Positions 23,570 to 37,525 of a DNA stretch of 64,000 bases are shown here, in pieces. The position numbers and the translations under genes were made by a program. This stretch comes from Eledone cirrhosa (taxonomy: Eukaryota): NCBI GenBank assembly GCA_964016885.1, contig CAXHJY010000660.1, forward strand, positions 1 through 64,000, in the 5' to 3' direction. The notes beneath the pieces were generated by a model. That model was not told the origin of the DNA. It made no database searches and was given only the letters and a program-made list of their open reading frames with translations. Within the stretch, counting starts at the first letter, position 1. Every line of letters starts with the position of its first letter.

Positions 23570-23920
23570 TTATGATTTTGGCTGCAACTCATGCTTTCAT
23601 TTCTTCATCAGCTTTGGCCACATCTTGTCTATCTTGGTTTTCCTCCCTCCTTTACTTCCTTCCACATTCATTTCCATCATTTCTCTTACCTAGTCACTTT
23701 CATCCTTTCCCAATAGATGACCCAATACTGTTCTATTCCTCTCACCCAATCACTTCCATCCTTCCTCAACATATCACCCAACCATTTCATTCTATTTCTC
23801 TTCACTACATTCATTACTGGTTCAATTCCTCTAATCCAGTCTCTATCATCCTTCCTCAACACATGACCCAGCCATCTCATTCTATTTCTTTTCACAACAA
23901 TCAGCCATTCTACCACACAT
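23570..23920 (-). mobile_element. Old RTE-like LINE remnant with internal tandem duplication
   Basis: KRNRMRWLGHVLRKDD...W motif occurs twice in ORF 23686-23916. Confidence 0.6.
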
Positions 23921-24104
23921 AATCTACATTATTGTATTATAAGCAGCACCAGACATTATTTTCAGTTATTCTAAGCTAACTTAGCTGTGTCCAAATGAAT
24001 CAACACCTCCATCTGCCATTTGTCAAATAGATTAGTGAAAGAGATGTTCACAAAGGGGAATATGTTAGCATCCTGAGAAACTTTCTATGATATGTAACCT
24101 TGTT

Positions 24105-24330
24105 GGAGGCCAACTAAACCTACATAGGTGTGAGCTGTAACAACTATAACTGTTATCATTAAACACACCTGAGAAACCTATATTTAACCTTGTAGGAGGC
24201 CAGCTAAACCTATATAGGTGTGAGCTGTGATGAGACAGCACAGAGGCCTGTTAAACCTATATAGGTGTGAGCTGTGATGAGATACCCTGTAAGAAGCCAG
24301 GTAAACATATGTAGGTGTGAGCTGTAACAA
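24105..24330. repeat. Irregular tandem repeat of TAAACCTATATAGGTGTGAGCTGT
   Basis: Four to five degenerate copies. Confidence 0.7.
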
Positions 24331-24371
24331 CAACTATAGAAAGGAGGGGAAATCTGATAGTTTTTTTGCAG

Positions 24372-24612
24372 AGTATGGGCATTGAGGCTTCCTCCAGACC
24401 TACCAGGCATAAATCCCTCTGGTCTCAGAAGACATGTGAAGGCTATAGGCACTGTCCCTTCCTCCAGACCTACCAGATATTGATATCACTGGTCTCAGAG
24501 GATATGTGAAGGCTATGGGCAGTGTCCCTCCCTCCAGACCTACCTAATATCAATCTCAATGGTTTCGGGACATGTGAAGGCCATGGGCACTGACCCTTCC
24601 TCCAGACTTGCC
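24372..24612. repeat. ~70-bp tandem repeat, ~3.5 copies
   Basis: CCTCCAGACCTACC...ATGTGAAGGCTATGGGCA recurs. Confidence 0.75.
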
Positions 24613-25357
24613 AAGTTAAAAAAAAAAAAAAAAAAAGAAATGGTCAGAGCAGATCCAAGGCATTCCAGCCATGACATCCTGTCTTTCTAGGAGTAATGTA
24701 GGTCTTATTATCTAATGTATGTTTTCCTTAAGACGATAGGGTGTTTAGTATTATTTGAGGGAGATTTGACTGTTGTGTCTAGCGGCTTGGTTCCTCACGT
24801 AGATGTTACCTTGTTAGTTCGAGACTGTCATAGTTCAAAGGCCAGGTGTAAATAAACGAGTCTGATTAGCAGGTGGGAAGGGAGATAAGCTAGGTTATCG
24901 TGAATAGGAGTACTGATCTATTGGAGTACTGATAAAAATTATGATAAAAACACTTGTATTAATCATTTTTTTTTTTTTAGTTTAGTAAAAAAACAAGGTC
25001 AGTGGCCGTGACCTTTCAGGCCGTCCAACACTGGAAGTGGGGTTATTATTGTTCAGTCCCAGGTTATCCCTGACTAAGCTAATCTAAGATCAGAGACATT
25101 CCTGCCATGACAATCTCATTTATTTTCTTGATGTAATGTATTTAGGATTGTTTTTAAATAGTATTGAGGTACATTTAGTTACTATTTCTAGCAGATTGAT
25201 ACAGTTGATGTTCAGGTTAAGAACCTGTGAGTTGCCATCCTCCAAAAGAGAATATTAAAGTGAATTGATGTTGGTGGGGAGAACCAATTAATTAGTTATA
25301 TTCATCAGAATATTCAGAAAAGTTATAAATTTGGTTGGTTAGTCCTGGTCAAGTGAA

Positions 25358-25500
25358 AGTGTGTGGTTTAGTGGTTAGGGTGTTTGGCTCATGATTGCAT
25401 GGTCATGAGTTTGATTCTTGGACTGAGTGGCATGTTGTGTCCTTGTTCAAGACACTTTATTTCATGGTCCAGTCCACTCAGCTGAAAAAAATGAGTTTCA
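25358..25500 (+). mobile_element. tRNA-derived SINE (head and core)
   Basis: GTGGTTTAGTGGTTAGGG A-box; TTGTGTCCTTG...AAGACACTTTATTTCA core. Confidence 0.7.
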
Positions 25501-26786
25501 ATGTCACTGGTGCTAAGCTATATCTGCCTCTGCCTTTCCCTTAGACAACATTAATGTTGAGAAAACATTTTTCTCAAGTTACATTATCCAGCTTGTTTAA
25601 TGCCACCTTCACTGAGATCTTCCTAATTCACCCATCTCTCCTCTTCTCATCACCTATGTTGTGTTCAATGCCCCAGATCCTGCACCAACCTCTACATCCA
25701 ATCCTTTCTACCTAGAATATCATCCCTTGAGAATTCACTTCCTGCTCATGTTTTTCTTAAAGGAATGGAATATCAATGGCATACCATAGTGTAATTTAAG
25801 GAAGATTTTGTGGCTATTTCTAACAGGGGAAACAACCATGTAGAGGCCTGTTTGAAGTCTTCTTAAACATTCCTCAGATATTTTCACTAACTAATTAATA
25901 GGATAAGAAAGTGATATATTTCAGCTGTCATTACTATCAGTTAATAGATAGCTGGTAGTATTGGTAAGTTAATATCTCTAACTATTGACAATAGTGATAT
26001 TAACTTATCAATACCACCATCTAACTATTAACAATAGTAATATTAACTTATCAATACTACCAACTATATAGCTATTAACAAAACAGGCAAGTAGTGGCAA
26101 GCCTTTCAGACCTAACCTTTCAGGTGCTAAATCACCTGAAACTGCCCCCAGTTCTATAATACAAAGCTCTGTAGATGTATACACACTCAGTTGCTTTTAA
26201 AACTTATTTTACTGTAGAGCTGTGATTTTTTTTTTTTTTCAGGCATATATTGAACAGGTTTTTAGATCTATTGTTCATATTCTTAGATCAAATATCTAAA
26301 TTTAAAAATCAAAGGGGCTCCAATCATCAACATACAAAAGCCACAAATAAACAATAGATTACTACTGTATGGAGCAGAGTAACTCCTATGACTGTTCCAT
26401 GCATGCATAATCCAGACACTTAGACCAATTAGGGAAGAATACATTGATTGCTTGTTTTGTTTTGCATTTCTTTTATTGTTTTGTGCATTTGAAATATTAT
26501 GTTGAAATATACTGGGTAAGAAAAATATTACTGTTTTCTTTTATTTGTCATCCTTTGCCCTTTATATGTTTTACTGCATTGTACTTGGCTTTCTGAAACA
26601 CTTACCAGTCATTTATTAAATGTTTAGACATTTTTTTTTATACCAAACCTATTTGAACCACCCCTGATTCTTATGATACAGAGCTGCTTATTTAAAAGTG
26701 TTTCCTCCTTGGTAGTCATTCTATAATCAAGTACAACTTGGGACTAGGTTTTGTTTTCTTTTAAATTATTATGTATAGTTAAACAA

Positions 26787-27091
26787 TGTAGTGTTTTGGA
26801 ACAGTTTAAAATCCACTCAGCGAGACAATAACCGTTTAGCAACTTCACAAGGAAGAAGACCTTTATTACAACAAAACACCAATTTATATAGGTGTTAAAA
26901 TGGGTAGGACTCATGCATGTGATGATTGGTTGAGTACAAAAACAGACAAAAGGGGAGTCAGGTAATGCTTAACATTAAGACAAGGGAATGTATGAAAAAT
27001 GATTAGTCATGCACACGTGATACAAACAGGTGTAGAGGGAAAGTAGAATAATGTATAAAATGTTGAATCAGAACGAAGAACAGTCACAACA
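26787..27091 (-). repeat. 3' LTR (305 bp)
   Basis: TG..CA termini, next to polypurine tract AAAAGTGAGGGGAAGA; last ~62 bp match 29213-29275. Confidence 0.9.
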
Positions 27092-27317
27092 TCTTCCCCT
27101 CACTTTTTAGGCTTGTCAGCAGTGAATAAATTTCGAGCGTTGCATTTGCATCCATCTTCAAGTTCAAATGTTGCTTCACCAACTTTTTTTACGATTCTGA
27201 GTGGCTTTGAAAAACGTTGCTCTCCTTTCTTTGATGAGAGAAATTTTGTTCGAACATAGTCGCTAACCTTCCTTGTTGCTACTGCGACGCGGTAATTATC
27301 TTGATATTGACGAATTT

Positions 27318-28169
27318 TTATTTCATAATCACGCGATACTGCAGCTGTCGGAACGGTTGAATTGAGCTTTGTTGTGCCTTTTGTGGAATCGGTGCATTCC
27401 GAATAGCCATTGTGTTCTCTTTGCTTGGTTTAACTCCATTGGCTGAGATGATGTGGCCTAGGAACGGTATTTCAGATGAGTTTAGTACACATTTATCTAA
27501 ATTTATTTGAAGATTTAATGATTCAAGTCGAGTGAGAACCTTATCAAGTGTCGAGTTGTGAGTTAATTCATTGCTTCCAAAAACACAAATGTCATCCATG
27601 TAAACTATGACGCCGTTGATATTTTGAAGCACATGAGAAATGAATTTCTGCCACGCTACTGGTGCTGAGCTCAAACCCATGGGAAGTACTTTGTATTGGA
27701 AAAGGCCCACTGGTGTAAGAAATGCCGTAAGATGCTTTGATTCATCGGACAGCTCGAGGTGGAAATATGCTTTAGTCATATCGAAGACTGAGAAACGCTT
27801 TGCCCCTGCCAGCTTAACTAACAGTTCATCAAATGACGGTATTACAAATTTATCGACGATAATTTGCTTGTTTAGTTGCCGCAGATCACAACATATGCGC
27901 ATTCGACCGTCTTTTTTCATCACTGCTACCATTGGATGCACCCATTCGCTGCGATCAATTTCTTCCATTAGATCAGCCTCTACCATTTCGGACAATGCCT
28001 GTTTAACAGCATCCACCTTAGCCAATGCAAATGGACGTGGTTGAGATATTGCAACTGGCTTCGCATTAGGTTTAAACTGAATAAGGTGTTGAGCTTTTGG
28101 TATACGGCCAATACCTGGACTGAACAGCAGTGGAAATTGTTTTGAAATTGTCGACAGTCTATTGAGCAA
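27318..28169 (-). pseudogene. pol: Gypsy reverse transcriptase, truncated before RNase H
   Basis: KKDGRMRICCDLRQLN, DMTKAYFHL, LPMGLSSAP, VYMDDICV, FLGHII. Confidence 0.92.
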
Positions 28170-28969
28170 ATTGTGTTATCGAGCCATGGAGTTAAATGAA
28201 GATGAATTATTGCATTTCTACCCAGCAGTGGTTTGACATTTTCTGGACCGATGTAGACATGAATATTTGAGGCAGAAGCACCTTCAACATCTAGTCTGCA
28301 AACGATGAACCCCTTGATCTGTACGCGTTGACCGGAATAATTTGAAAACTTGTGCTTAGTTGAAACAATTGATAAAGAATTGAAGTGGGTGCGATAAAAA
28401 CCAAACGGAATAATCGTTGCCGCAGATGCTGTATCAACCTCCATTTTGATATTCGCTTGAGCGTCTTCACATGTAATTTTAACTTGTCGGAAATCAGGTG
28501 GAGGAAATTTTGGCTCCCTGATGACATGTTTTTCATTTTTGTTTGCATCATGGTGATTCTCAATGGAAAATATTTGAACTTCTGCTAAGCCTTCTTCGAT
28601 GTCGCGCTCTTCGTCACCAGTTGTATCTATGGCTTTAATTGATTGTGATAAACAAAAGCGACTGAAGTGGCCTATTTTGCCACACTTATGACATTCCAAG
28701 CCGAGTGCTGGACATTTGTTGTTATTTGCTTTATGTTTTGGGCTACCACACCAAAGACATTTGTCTTTATTAGTTTTTAAAACCTGCGAACGATTGGCTG
28801 GGTCGCTTGATACTCTATTGACTGCAAGGGAACTAACTGCGCCCGGCTTCTTCAGTGATTTGACTTGCTGTTTGACTATTTCTTTACAGCGAACGATGTT
28901 GCATGCTTTTTCCCAGGTCAGTTTTTTTAGAATCTTCTGAAAGAAGGGTCTCCTGAATGCGATCATCAC
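27980..28969 (-). pseudogene. gag: Gypsy gag C-terminus plus aspartic protease
   Basis: CLWCGSPKH...CPA...CHKCGKIGHFSRFC knuckles; VDTASAATII; PLLGRN; frameshift relative to RT near 28160. Confidence 0.88.
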
Positions 28970-31059
28970 CCAAGCCTGCTATCAATTGCTAAATAAGCAT
29001 AGCGTCTTTGACTGTCGACCTAGTAAGCAGCTCATATTCGCAACTTTTTACGTTATTATTCAACCGCGTAATAAAAACATCAGACTCACCGTCTTCTTGA
29101 TACGTGAGAGTGAACCTCTGCTGGGCGTAGAAAACATTCTCTCTTGGTCCCCAGAGTTGATCCAATTGTTTGATGACTTCATCATAAGTCTTGCAGTTGT
29201 GTGAGTCGTACTGTGTAGAGGGAAAGTAGAATAATGTATAAAATGTTGAATCCAGAACGAAGAACAGTCACAACAAACAATGACAAAACTCCAACGATGC
29301 TTTACTCTTTCATGAGACTGTAAACGAAAAGCACTGACACAACCACACCTACAGAAATAAGAGAATAAAATTTCAATACTGGACATGGTATTATCTACTG
29401 TTGCTTTGAAAATAGAATAAGCAAATTTACAACAATCTAGAGATAAATAACCACTTTTAGGGTCTCACTCTATTTTATAGTGTCACCATGCAGGGGTGTA
29501 CCCCCCTCTCTAATGTATGTGGTCAAGTCATATATAAATAACCACTTAAACTGTAGAAAACCAATCATTATGAGAGGTGTCTAAGAAGGGTGGCATCAAG
29601 AAAGGTATCTGGTCATAAAACATTTCTGCAAAAAGGACTCCTTGATGAATATAAAGACTGTTATGAGACCAACATAACTAATTCTTGCTTTAGTAGGGAA
29701 AATAGCCTTTAAATACTTGCATGAACACTTTAAAATAAAATACAGCTTTGTATCATAAAACCTGAGGCAGTTTCAGGCAATTTGGTATCAAAAGAATTAG
29801 AATATTTGGGTGGAGAAGTGACAAAAAAATCCCAGTAGAAGGAAACTGAAGTAGAAGACCAAGGAAAACTGAGGTAGTGAGAGCTGATCTTAAATCGCTG
29901 AAGCACATGAGATGCTGTGTTGAAAAAGACTTGTCTAACCCATGCAAGCATGGAAAAGCGGATGTAAAATGGTGATGATGATAGATTAGGGAATCTTTCT
30001 CTCCATAAATAAACCTGTGGAAAGAAGAAATAGCTAAGAAGGTTGGCATCAGGAAGGGCATCTAGCTAATAAATATTGCCTCCGAAAGGATCCCATGATG
30101 AGTATGAATTATGTTATGAGCTTTGCAAGGATAATCTCAACTTTGAGGAAAATAGCCTATTATTGCTGTATAAACTCTTTAAAATAAACAGCTTTGTGTA
30201 TCACAGAACCTGCAGTAATTTCAGGTGTTTGTTATCAAAAAGGGTTAAAATATTTAATAATTTTTGTTACATAGAGACCCGTAATGTCTCTCTCTCTCTC
30301 TAAACAATGCTATTGAAACAAAAAACAACAAATAGATGACCAATTTACAACAATGTAGACATGAATATCTACTTAACCTCTATAGAAAACCAATCTGTTG
30401 CATTTCTAGAATTGTATGCAGAAAAAATAATCAAAAAACTTGGTTCCATTCTACATTTGAGATATTCCATTTTGTTCCTGAGTTTTTCAATAAATCATTG
30501 AATCAAAATTATTGGGAGACTAATTGCAATCGACCTGTATTTTTGTGAGCAAATGGAAACTACTTAATGCTGTTTGTTTTTGGGTCACAGTGTTGGATTT
30601 TTTTTTTAATAGTCCGTTATATTTCCTGCTGTTAATAAGTGAATCAAATAGACCATTCCTTCATTGTTGTAAGTCAAGTTATTTCAGAATATATTGACAA
30701 AATGTTCTATTTAGTTTCTTATATTACCATTAAATTTCATATTTTGTGGGACTGAATACTGTTGAAGGAATATATATATATATATATATAATTAAGGCTA
30801 AATAGTGATTCTTGTTACTCTGGAGTTTAACCTGCTTATCATGGTCATCAGACAAGAACTACTATTTTTTAGTCTATAAATATCTAAACTCTACTTCAGT
30901 AATCAGTATTCTTTTTCCCCAGTTGCCAACCACATGCATATATATATAAAATCTCATCATCATTACAGTATAATATCTATTTCCCTGCCTGCATGGGTTA
31001 TATATTTTTCGGACCGAGGAAACAATGTTTCTGTTGGTCTTTCCAGTTGCTAATACTAT

Positions 31060-31195
31060 CTATCGGTCGCAACTCCAAGTAGAAGGAACAACGTGAAATA
31101 AAGTGTCTTGCTCAAGGACATAACGCATCGCCCGGTCCAGGAATCAAACTCACAACCTCAAGATTGTAAATCCAATTCTCTAACCACTCAGCCTT
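31060..31195 (-). mobile_element. tRNA-derived SINE
   Basis: TGAAATAAAGTGTCTTGCTCAAGGAC core; TCTAACCACT head. Confidence 0.7.
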
Positions 31196-32794
31196 CACTA
31201 CACACACACACACACTTTTGATGGTGGTGGTCCTGAAACTGCCCCCACTGTAAACTAGTGATCCCTGTCTCAAGTACTGCCTCCAATGTAAACCAGTGAT
31301 CCCTGTCTCAAGAGCTGAACAAATAATGCTGTTAGATAGAAAGTAAAGAAGTCAGTTTCTGTTAAACTTTATTTCAGTGTCTGGAGCTGTTTCATATTAC
31401 TTGTATTAAATGTATCACAATATTTCTTCTGTAAATAGCAATACTTTGTTAGGTTTCACTATTCAGTTTAATTGTTAATCAATATTAGTTTCAAGCTGGC
31501 ACAGAAACACTAGTTGTGTATATGCTTGTGTTTTCTTTTTATATACAAATACAATAGTTGAGCGGTTAATTTGTTTGACCTACATTTCATGAATTGACAC
31601 TTCGCTTTTGGTAACATATAATGTGCATTGCTTTTCCAGGTCTAAACACTAATATTCACGCCCAAACCGCCCATGGTAACATATACTCGCTGCCTTTTCA
31701 CATTTAAACACTTTATTTTTCATTCCCCAAATTGTCCAGGCTGAAAATATAGCTATTAGTTTCTTTCATTCCTTCTTTCTTTCTTCAACACATGCATCCA
31801 CATGAAATTTAAATTTAGCAAACACATTGGAACCATGCCCACCAAAGGCAATGGATAGATTCAACACTCCCTATTAGTGCCAAGCCTATCAGATAATTCT
31901 CTGCTCAGTCAAACTCATTAGTGCCAAGCCTCTTGTGCAAGAGTTCAATGGCCCAAGGCATCCATATGAGGACAGGTGGTGGGGGCATGCAACCAAAGAG
32001 TCTTGCAGGGTTCTCCATTTAATACAACTACTGAGCACAGCACCCATTTAGATTTCTCAAACTCTTTGCCCAGTTTTCTATGCAGATCCCCCAAACAACC
32101 AAGAAATTTATTAACATGAAATTCAATGTTTATGTTCAGACATTTGTTTGTTCATCTGATCTGTAGATTAACACATCATTTGAGATAACACACGATATGA
32201 AATGTCGTTTTTATGTTAGTGTTGTTTATTTAATGTTTCATCTGTTTTTACATATTTAAAATATCTTCCTTACTCACACTTCTCAATACTAGGCCTTATA
32301 CTTGAGTTTTAAAGGGCATACAATCAAGGAGTTGGCCCTGGGCATCACCAAACCTCTGCATGATACTGCACTTGGGTATCATTAGTGGCATACCTCTTGA
32401 GTGTCATTAAACTTATTAATTAGTAGCAAGCCTCTTGGGTATTATTAAACATACCTGAATTCATTAGTGGCAAGTCTCTTGGCTATTATTAAACATACAC
32501 ATTAGTAGCAAGCCCCTTGGACATGTTTAAAATCACCCAAATTCATTAGTAGCAAGCCGTTCAAAGAAACTATGAAAGTACTCAATAAGTTTCATTCTTC
32601 CTTTTGCATAAAATTGAGTCTTTCTTTGAGTAAAATATTGCTTCATATCAATTTACTTGATAGAAACCATTTACTGCACCCCCACATCCATAAACACTCT
32701 CCCCACATAATCCCTCTTCACCCCCCCCCCCTCCACATTCACACAAACACCATACACACAACTTCCCAAACACACTCACACATACACTTTTCCT

Positions 32795-32920
32795 GTATCA
32801 AATTCCATTCACAAGACGTTGGTCAGTCTAAGACTACAGTGGAAGACATTTGCCCAGGTGCTACAGTGGGACTGAACTGAGAAACATGTGGTTGCAAAGC
32901 ACATTCTTTCGTCACAGCAA
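32795..32920 (-). mobile_element. Degenerate SINE (second family)
   Basis: AGTGGGACTGAAC...TGTGGTTGC, shared with 44150-44290. Confidence 0.6.
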
Positions 32921-32984
32921 TATTTTAAAATGATGAGAATACAAAGGATAGGAGTTTTGATAATTTCGCGGTTGATTTATAAGT

Positions 32985-33241
32985 GACCGCGTGGTTGGCG
33001 TGTTGAACTTAGGCTCATAATGCCGTGGGTTCGATTCTTGTACAGGATGGCATGTGTTCTTGAGCAAAATACTTTTTTACGTTGCTCCAGTACACTCATC
33101 TGAAAACAAGTACCAGCTTTAACTGGGAGTTTACCTTGTGATGGTCAGGCCAGGGGCAAGTTTTGTAATTCTGGTTGCTTAACGCCAAGGAAACCGGAAT
33201 AAGCACCGGCCAGATGAGCCTCATGGCTTGAGACAGACTTT
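32985..33241 (+). mobile_element. tRNA-derived SINE with L2/CR1-type tail
   Basis: GGGTTCGATTC B-box, TTGAGCAA core, GGAAACCGG...GGCTTGAGACAGACTTT tail. Confidence 0.65.
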
Positions 33242-34071
33242 AATTATCAGCTGTTAGTGGATAAGATCGTCGTTTCTAAAGCTCTTACCCAGCAACGTTT
33301 CTACTTCTACTTAATGTTAATGGAAGGTAAACTAATTTAATATCTCATTATTCTAAGATAGTAAAATACATAGATTTGTTTTAGTAGTACAAAGTGACAT
33401 TGACACTATCGAGAAATGCTTGTACGTGTGCATGAATATTTTGATAGTTTTAGTCTGAAATCATGTTCCAACTTTGAAGGGAATCTTTTCTTAACAGTGC
33501 TTATGGTTATCTTTTACATATTGTTGTTGAAACGAAGGTCATTTGTTTTACCGATGATCAAAAAAATTCCAACCGTGACCATTCCGTCTCTCTAGGGCCA
33601 CGTAGCACAGATTACATCAGTGACTTTTTAAACATGCAGTTCTATGTGAGTTGATTAAAATCTAATTTTGTATATTAGAAATGTTGATTTACTAACGCTA
33701 TTGTAGCGAATCTGTATTTGGATTTCAACATTTGTAATTTCAAATCATCTAAATTAATTTTGTTTAGTTCTAAATCTAATTTTGTGCAGTAAATTATGGT
33801 TAAAAGGTTTGTAAAAATCTCATAAAATATAAAAAATAGCTACCATTGTAAATGCTTCTCAGACTCGGAGAATATCAAACATTCGGCTATTAGCACCCAC
33901 CTTAAAGATTAGTGCAGTATAAAATGTCCTTGATTTGAGGGAAATTTGGTTGCTATTTCTAACAGATTGAACGACCACTAGAAGTTCGTTGGCTTGCAGT
34001 GATTGTCTTGGGTCATTTTGACAAGTTATATTATTTATCCGAGAAGTGAAAGCCATCGTTATAGTTTAAAC

Positions 34072-34342
34072 CAGTTGTTCCCAACCTTTTGTGTACACCT
34101 CAACGTTTCAAAAATTATGATCCCCTTTGAAATGAAAACACCGATTATCAACTGCAAAATTTATATAAAGTGGCGTATAGGTGGTGCCAGATGCACAATA
34201 TGTGTGGAGGAGGTGAGATAGTTTCCGACAGTAATATGTACCAAAGTTGCTTTGGTGTAAAAACAATAAAGTAAAACCTAAAGTTTGTTTTCATTAACAT
34301 CATTTTGAAATTGCCCCTCCCCGTGGGGTGTGCGCCTCACTG
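34072..34342. mobile_element. hAT-like MITE with 8-bp TSD
   Basis: GTTTAAAC|CAGTTGTTCCCAACC...CACTG|GTTTAAAC. Confidence 0.75.
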
Positions 34343-36324
34343 GTTTAAACGTATCCTACCTAATTTTCTCATTGTTTATAAACCCGAAATTGTCTATCTG
34401 TAGCTTTTAAAATATATATTTTAAACAAAACCATGTACATATTGTGTCTATCTTTTGTCTTTAAAATATCTATTTAAAACAAAGCCAGGTTCACTGTTGT
34501 TTTACATTCAGTATACATAATTTGCCGAATGTTCTCCCCCCGACTTTTAAGTATAATTATGCCCGCGGGGGAGGATTAAGTACAATAGAATCTTGTGTGA
34601 AGTGTGGGTGACAAAGAACCGGTTAACTTAGTATGTTGCAGTCATTACATTAAATTAACGAGTTTTGAATTTTCCCGCTTTCGTCGTAACAGTTGATTCA
34701 TAAGGTTTATTGATTTAAAAAAATTCTTTTGCTGATTTCAGTCCTTAGACTACGATCATGCTGGAGCACCGCCATTGACAGATTTACTTGATTCTACGAC
34801 TCCAGTACTTATTCTCTTAATATCTGGTACTTATTTTATCGATCTTTTTTGTCGAGTCGCTAGGCCACAGAGCATAACCCCACCCCATATACATCTTACT
34901 CTTTAGCTTCTGAAATATTTAACCACACAGCCATGCATTCTCCTAATGGGCACCTCCTACTACTTCGTTAAAAAGTACCTATCGTAAAATTTTGAAAGGT
35001 CTTATCTGGTTATATATTTTTCAAAGCCTGGACACCTCTTCGTTGATGTCATAGATAGAAATGATTAACTTTCTTAGATTTCATGTCCACAAATCTCGAC
35101 GCCTCTCCTAGTTCTATATATATATATGTGTCAATTACTGACTAAAGCTGGGTGAGATAGAGAGAGACTATGGGTATGTATGTGTGTGCGATAGTGAGTG
35201 AGAGTGTAAGATAGAGAGATAGATATAGGGAGAGAGAGATAATCCACCCGCTTTCTTTCTTTCAACTTTTTAACACCTAAAAACTAGGTCGCAAATAAAA
35301 TATTCAACAACCAATCCCTGCTTATTTTTTTTTAGCTGGATAATATTTTACATATAAATTTGAAAAGGGAAACACCGTTTTTTTTCCTCTCTTTTCTTGA
35401 TTGATTTGTCTTTTTATTTTTATTCTTACGTCTTTTGTTATTTGAGATTACCTAACGGCTTAAAGCAGACGTGGGTTGTCTTTGTTTGGCAGGTGATGAT
35501 GATGATGATGATGTCGTCGTCGTTGGTGGAGGTGGTGAAATGGGGGTTGTCCCATTCAAGTGTGACATTTTATATGTAAATGTTACCAGGTTAATAATAA
35601 AAGGAATCTCGCTGTTGATTGACCAAACATTCAAACCAACCTCCCACTAGTCCCAACTTGTTGCTTGCTGCTACTGATGTTGTTCTTTCGCTGATTTATT
35701 GTTATAAAACCAACCTGGATATCAGCACTTTTTGAAAAAGTAAATTGAAGTAGAGTGAAGTTATTTATTTATTACACTTGAGAATATTGGATTTTACCAG
35801 ACATGGCACAGCAATTTATATAACAGCAACATATTTACCAATACTAAAGTTATTGGTTCAAAACTAACTACTATCGAGAGTACCTTATTATATATATATA
35901 TATAATAACTGCACCTATATAAAGTTATTTCCGCCTATCTGTCCAACATGAAGACTGTTTTTATGAATGTATTCATTTGTGGTTCGGAACGTAAAACGCC
36001 ACGAGTTTCATCTAAGGCACCCCAGGTGAATATATCATTTCAAGATTTCTTATGCAATGGGTTTACTCCACCTCCCTTTTTTATTTTTTGTAATATTCAT
36101 CTTACAGCACTAGTTAATTTTGATATTTCTAGTCACTCATTAGCTTATCCTCTCCATCCCATTTACTAATTATTATTAGTAGTAGTGATATATCTCTGCA
36201 AATGACGAAGGCATTGAGGGGTTGTAAACCAAGCACAAACTACTGCAATAATTATTTAGGATGCTTTCTGTCTGTGTCTTTTTCCGTCTCTCTTTCTGTC
36301 TTTCTCTCTTTCTTTGTGTCTCTC

Positions 36325-36930
36325 TCTCTTTCTTTCCGTGTCACTCTCTCTTTCTTTCCGTGTCACTCTCTCTCTTTCTTTCCGTGTCACTCTCTCTCTT
36401 TCTTTCCGTGTCACTCTCTCTCTTTCTTTCCGTGTCACTCTCTCTCTCTTTCCGTGTCACTCTCTCTCTCTCTTTCCGTGTCACTCTCTCTCTCTTTCTT
36501 TCCGTGTCACTCTCTCTCTCTTTCTTTCCGTGTCACTCTCTCTCTCTCTCTTTCTTTCCGTATCACTCTCTCTCTCTTTCTTTCCGCCTGTGTCACTCTC
36601 TCTATCTTCTCTTTCTGTCTGTCTGTCTGTCACTTTCTTTCCGCCTGTCTCATTCTTTTTCTCTATCTTCTCTTTCTGTCTGTCTCACTCTCTCCGCCTC
36701 TCCTTCGTTGTCTGCTTAACTTTTTCACTCTCTGTCTGTCTCACTCTCTCCGCCTCTCCTTCGTTGTCTGCTTAACTTTCTCACTCTCTGTCTGTCTCAC
36801 TCTCTCCCACTCTCTCCCACTCTCTCCGCCTCTCCTTCGTTGTCTGCTTAACTTTCTCACTTTCTGTCTGTCTCACTCTCTCCTTCGTTGTCTGCTTAAC
36901 TTTCTCACTCTCTGTCTGTCTCTCTCTCTG
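36325..36930. repeat. Pyrimidine-rich minisatellites (~24-bp TCTTTCCGTGTCACTCTCTC units, then ~55-bp units)
   Basis: Direct reading. Confidence 0.9.
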
Positions 36931-37395
36931 TCTGTCACGCCCCCTCTCCATCCCCAGTCCCCCAACCCCCTCTCGATCCCCAGTCCCCCACACAACCATA
37001 AGAGCACGCTAATACACAATTTAATTGTAAATATTTTTGTATAATTTATTAGCTACAACCTGTCCATTACCCTCTCTGTAGAAGTAAACATTATTTTAAG
37101 ATCTTTATATTCAAGTTTATTTAACAAAATCTTGTAAGTTATTAGACAATAATTTCGGATTTAGCTTCAGAAATTCCTGTTAATCGAAACAGGAGAGAAA
37201 TTATTTTCTTATAAGCTGCCTCCTCTAAACAATTAGAACTACAAACCTTTTCAGTTTAAAGGAGTGTAATATTTATTTGACGATTGACAAATAGTTTCAC
37301 CACTCAGCTCTTAATTAAGCATATTTTTTGGTAATAATTATGTTGCACTTTCATTTTGTCTGAAATAGGATTGTTATATATAAACACACATACAC

Positions 37396-37525
37396 GACTT
37401 CTACAGGACTAGAACTGTTTCATTCGTATGAAATCATCAGTGTTGTAGAAGTCATTTATATATATAATATATATATATATAGTTAAGATGCATACACTCT
37501 ACCAATCTATTGAGTACCCTTTTTT
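37396..37525. mobile_element. Short fold-back element with hammerhead-like core, copy 1
   Basis: Minus strand CTGATGATTTCATACGAATGAAACAGTTC; tail shared with 37902-38058. Confidence 0.5.

Larger units (their letters stand above)
26787..29275 (-). mobile_element. Ty3/Gypsy (Mag-like) LTR retrotransposon, internally deleted
   Basis: TG...CA ends flanked by AACAA at 26782-26786 and 29276-29280; PPT at 27092-27107; gag double Zn knuckle, protease, RT. Confidence 0.93.

Noticed and set aside
33203-33240. Hammerhead-like CAGATGAGCCTCATGGCTTGAGAC
   Set aside because: Both core boxes deviate; better explained as a LINE-derived SINE 3' stem-loop
36202-37044. 280-aa S/L/F-rich ORF
   Set aside because: Translation of CT-rich minisatellite
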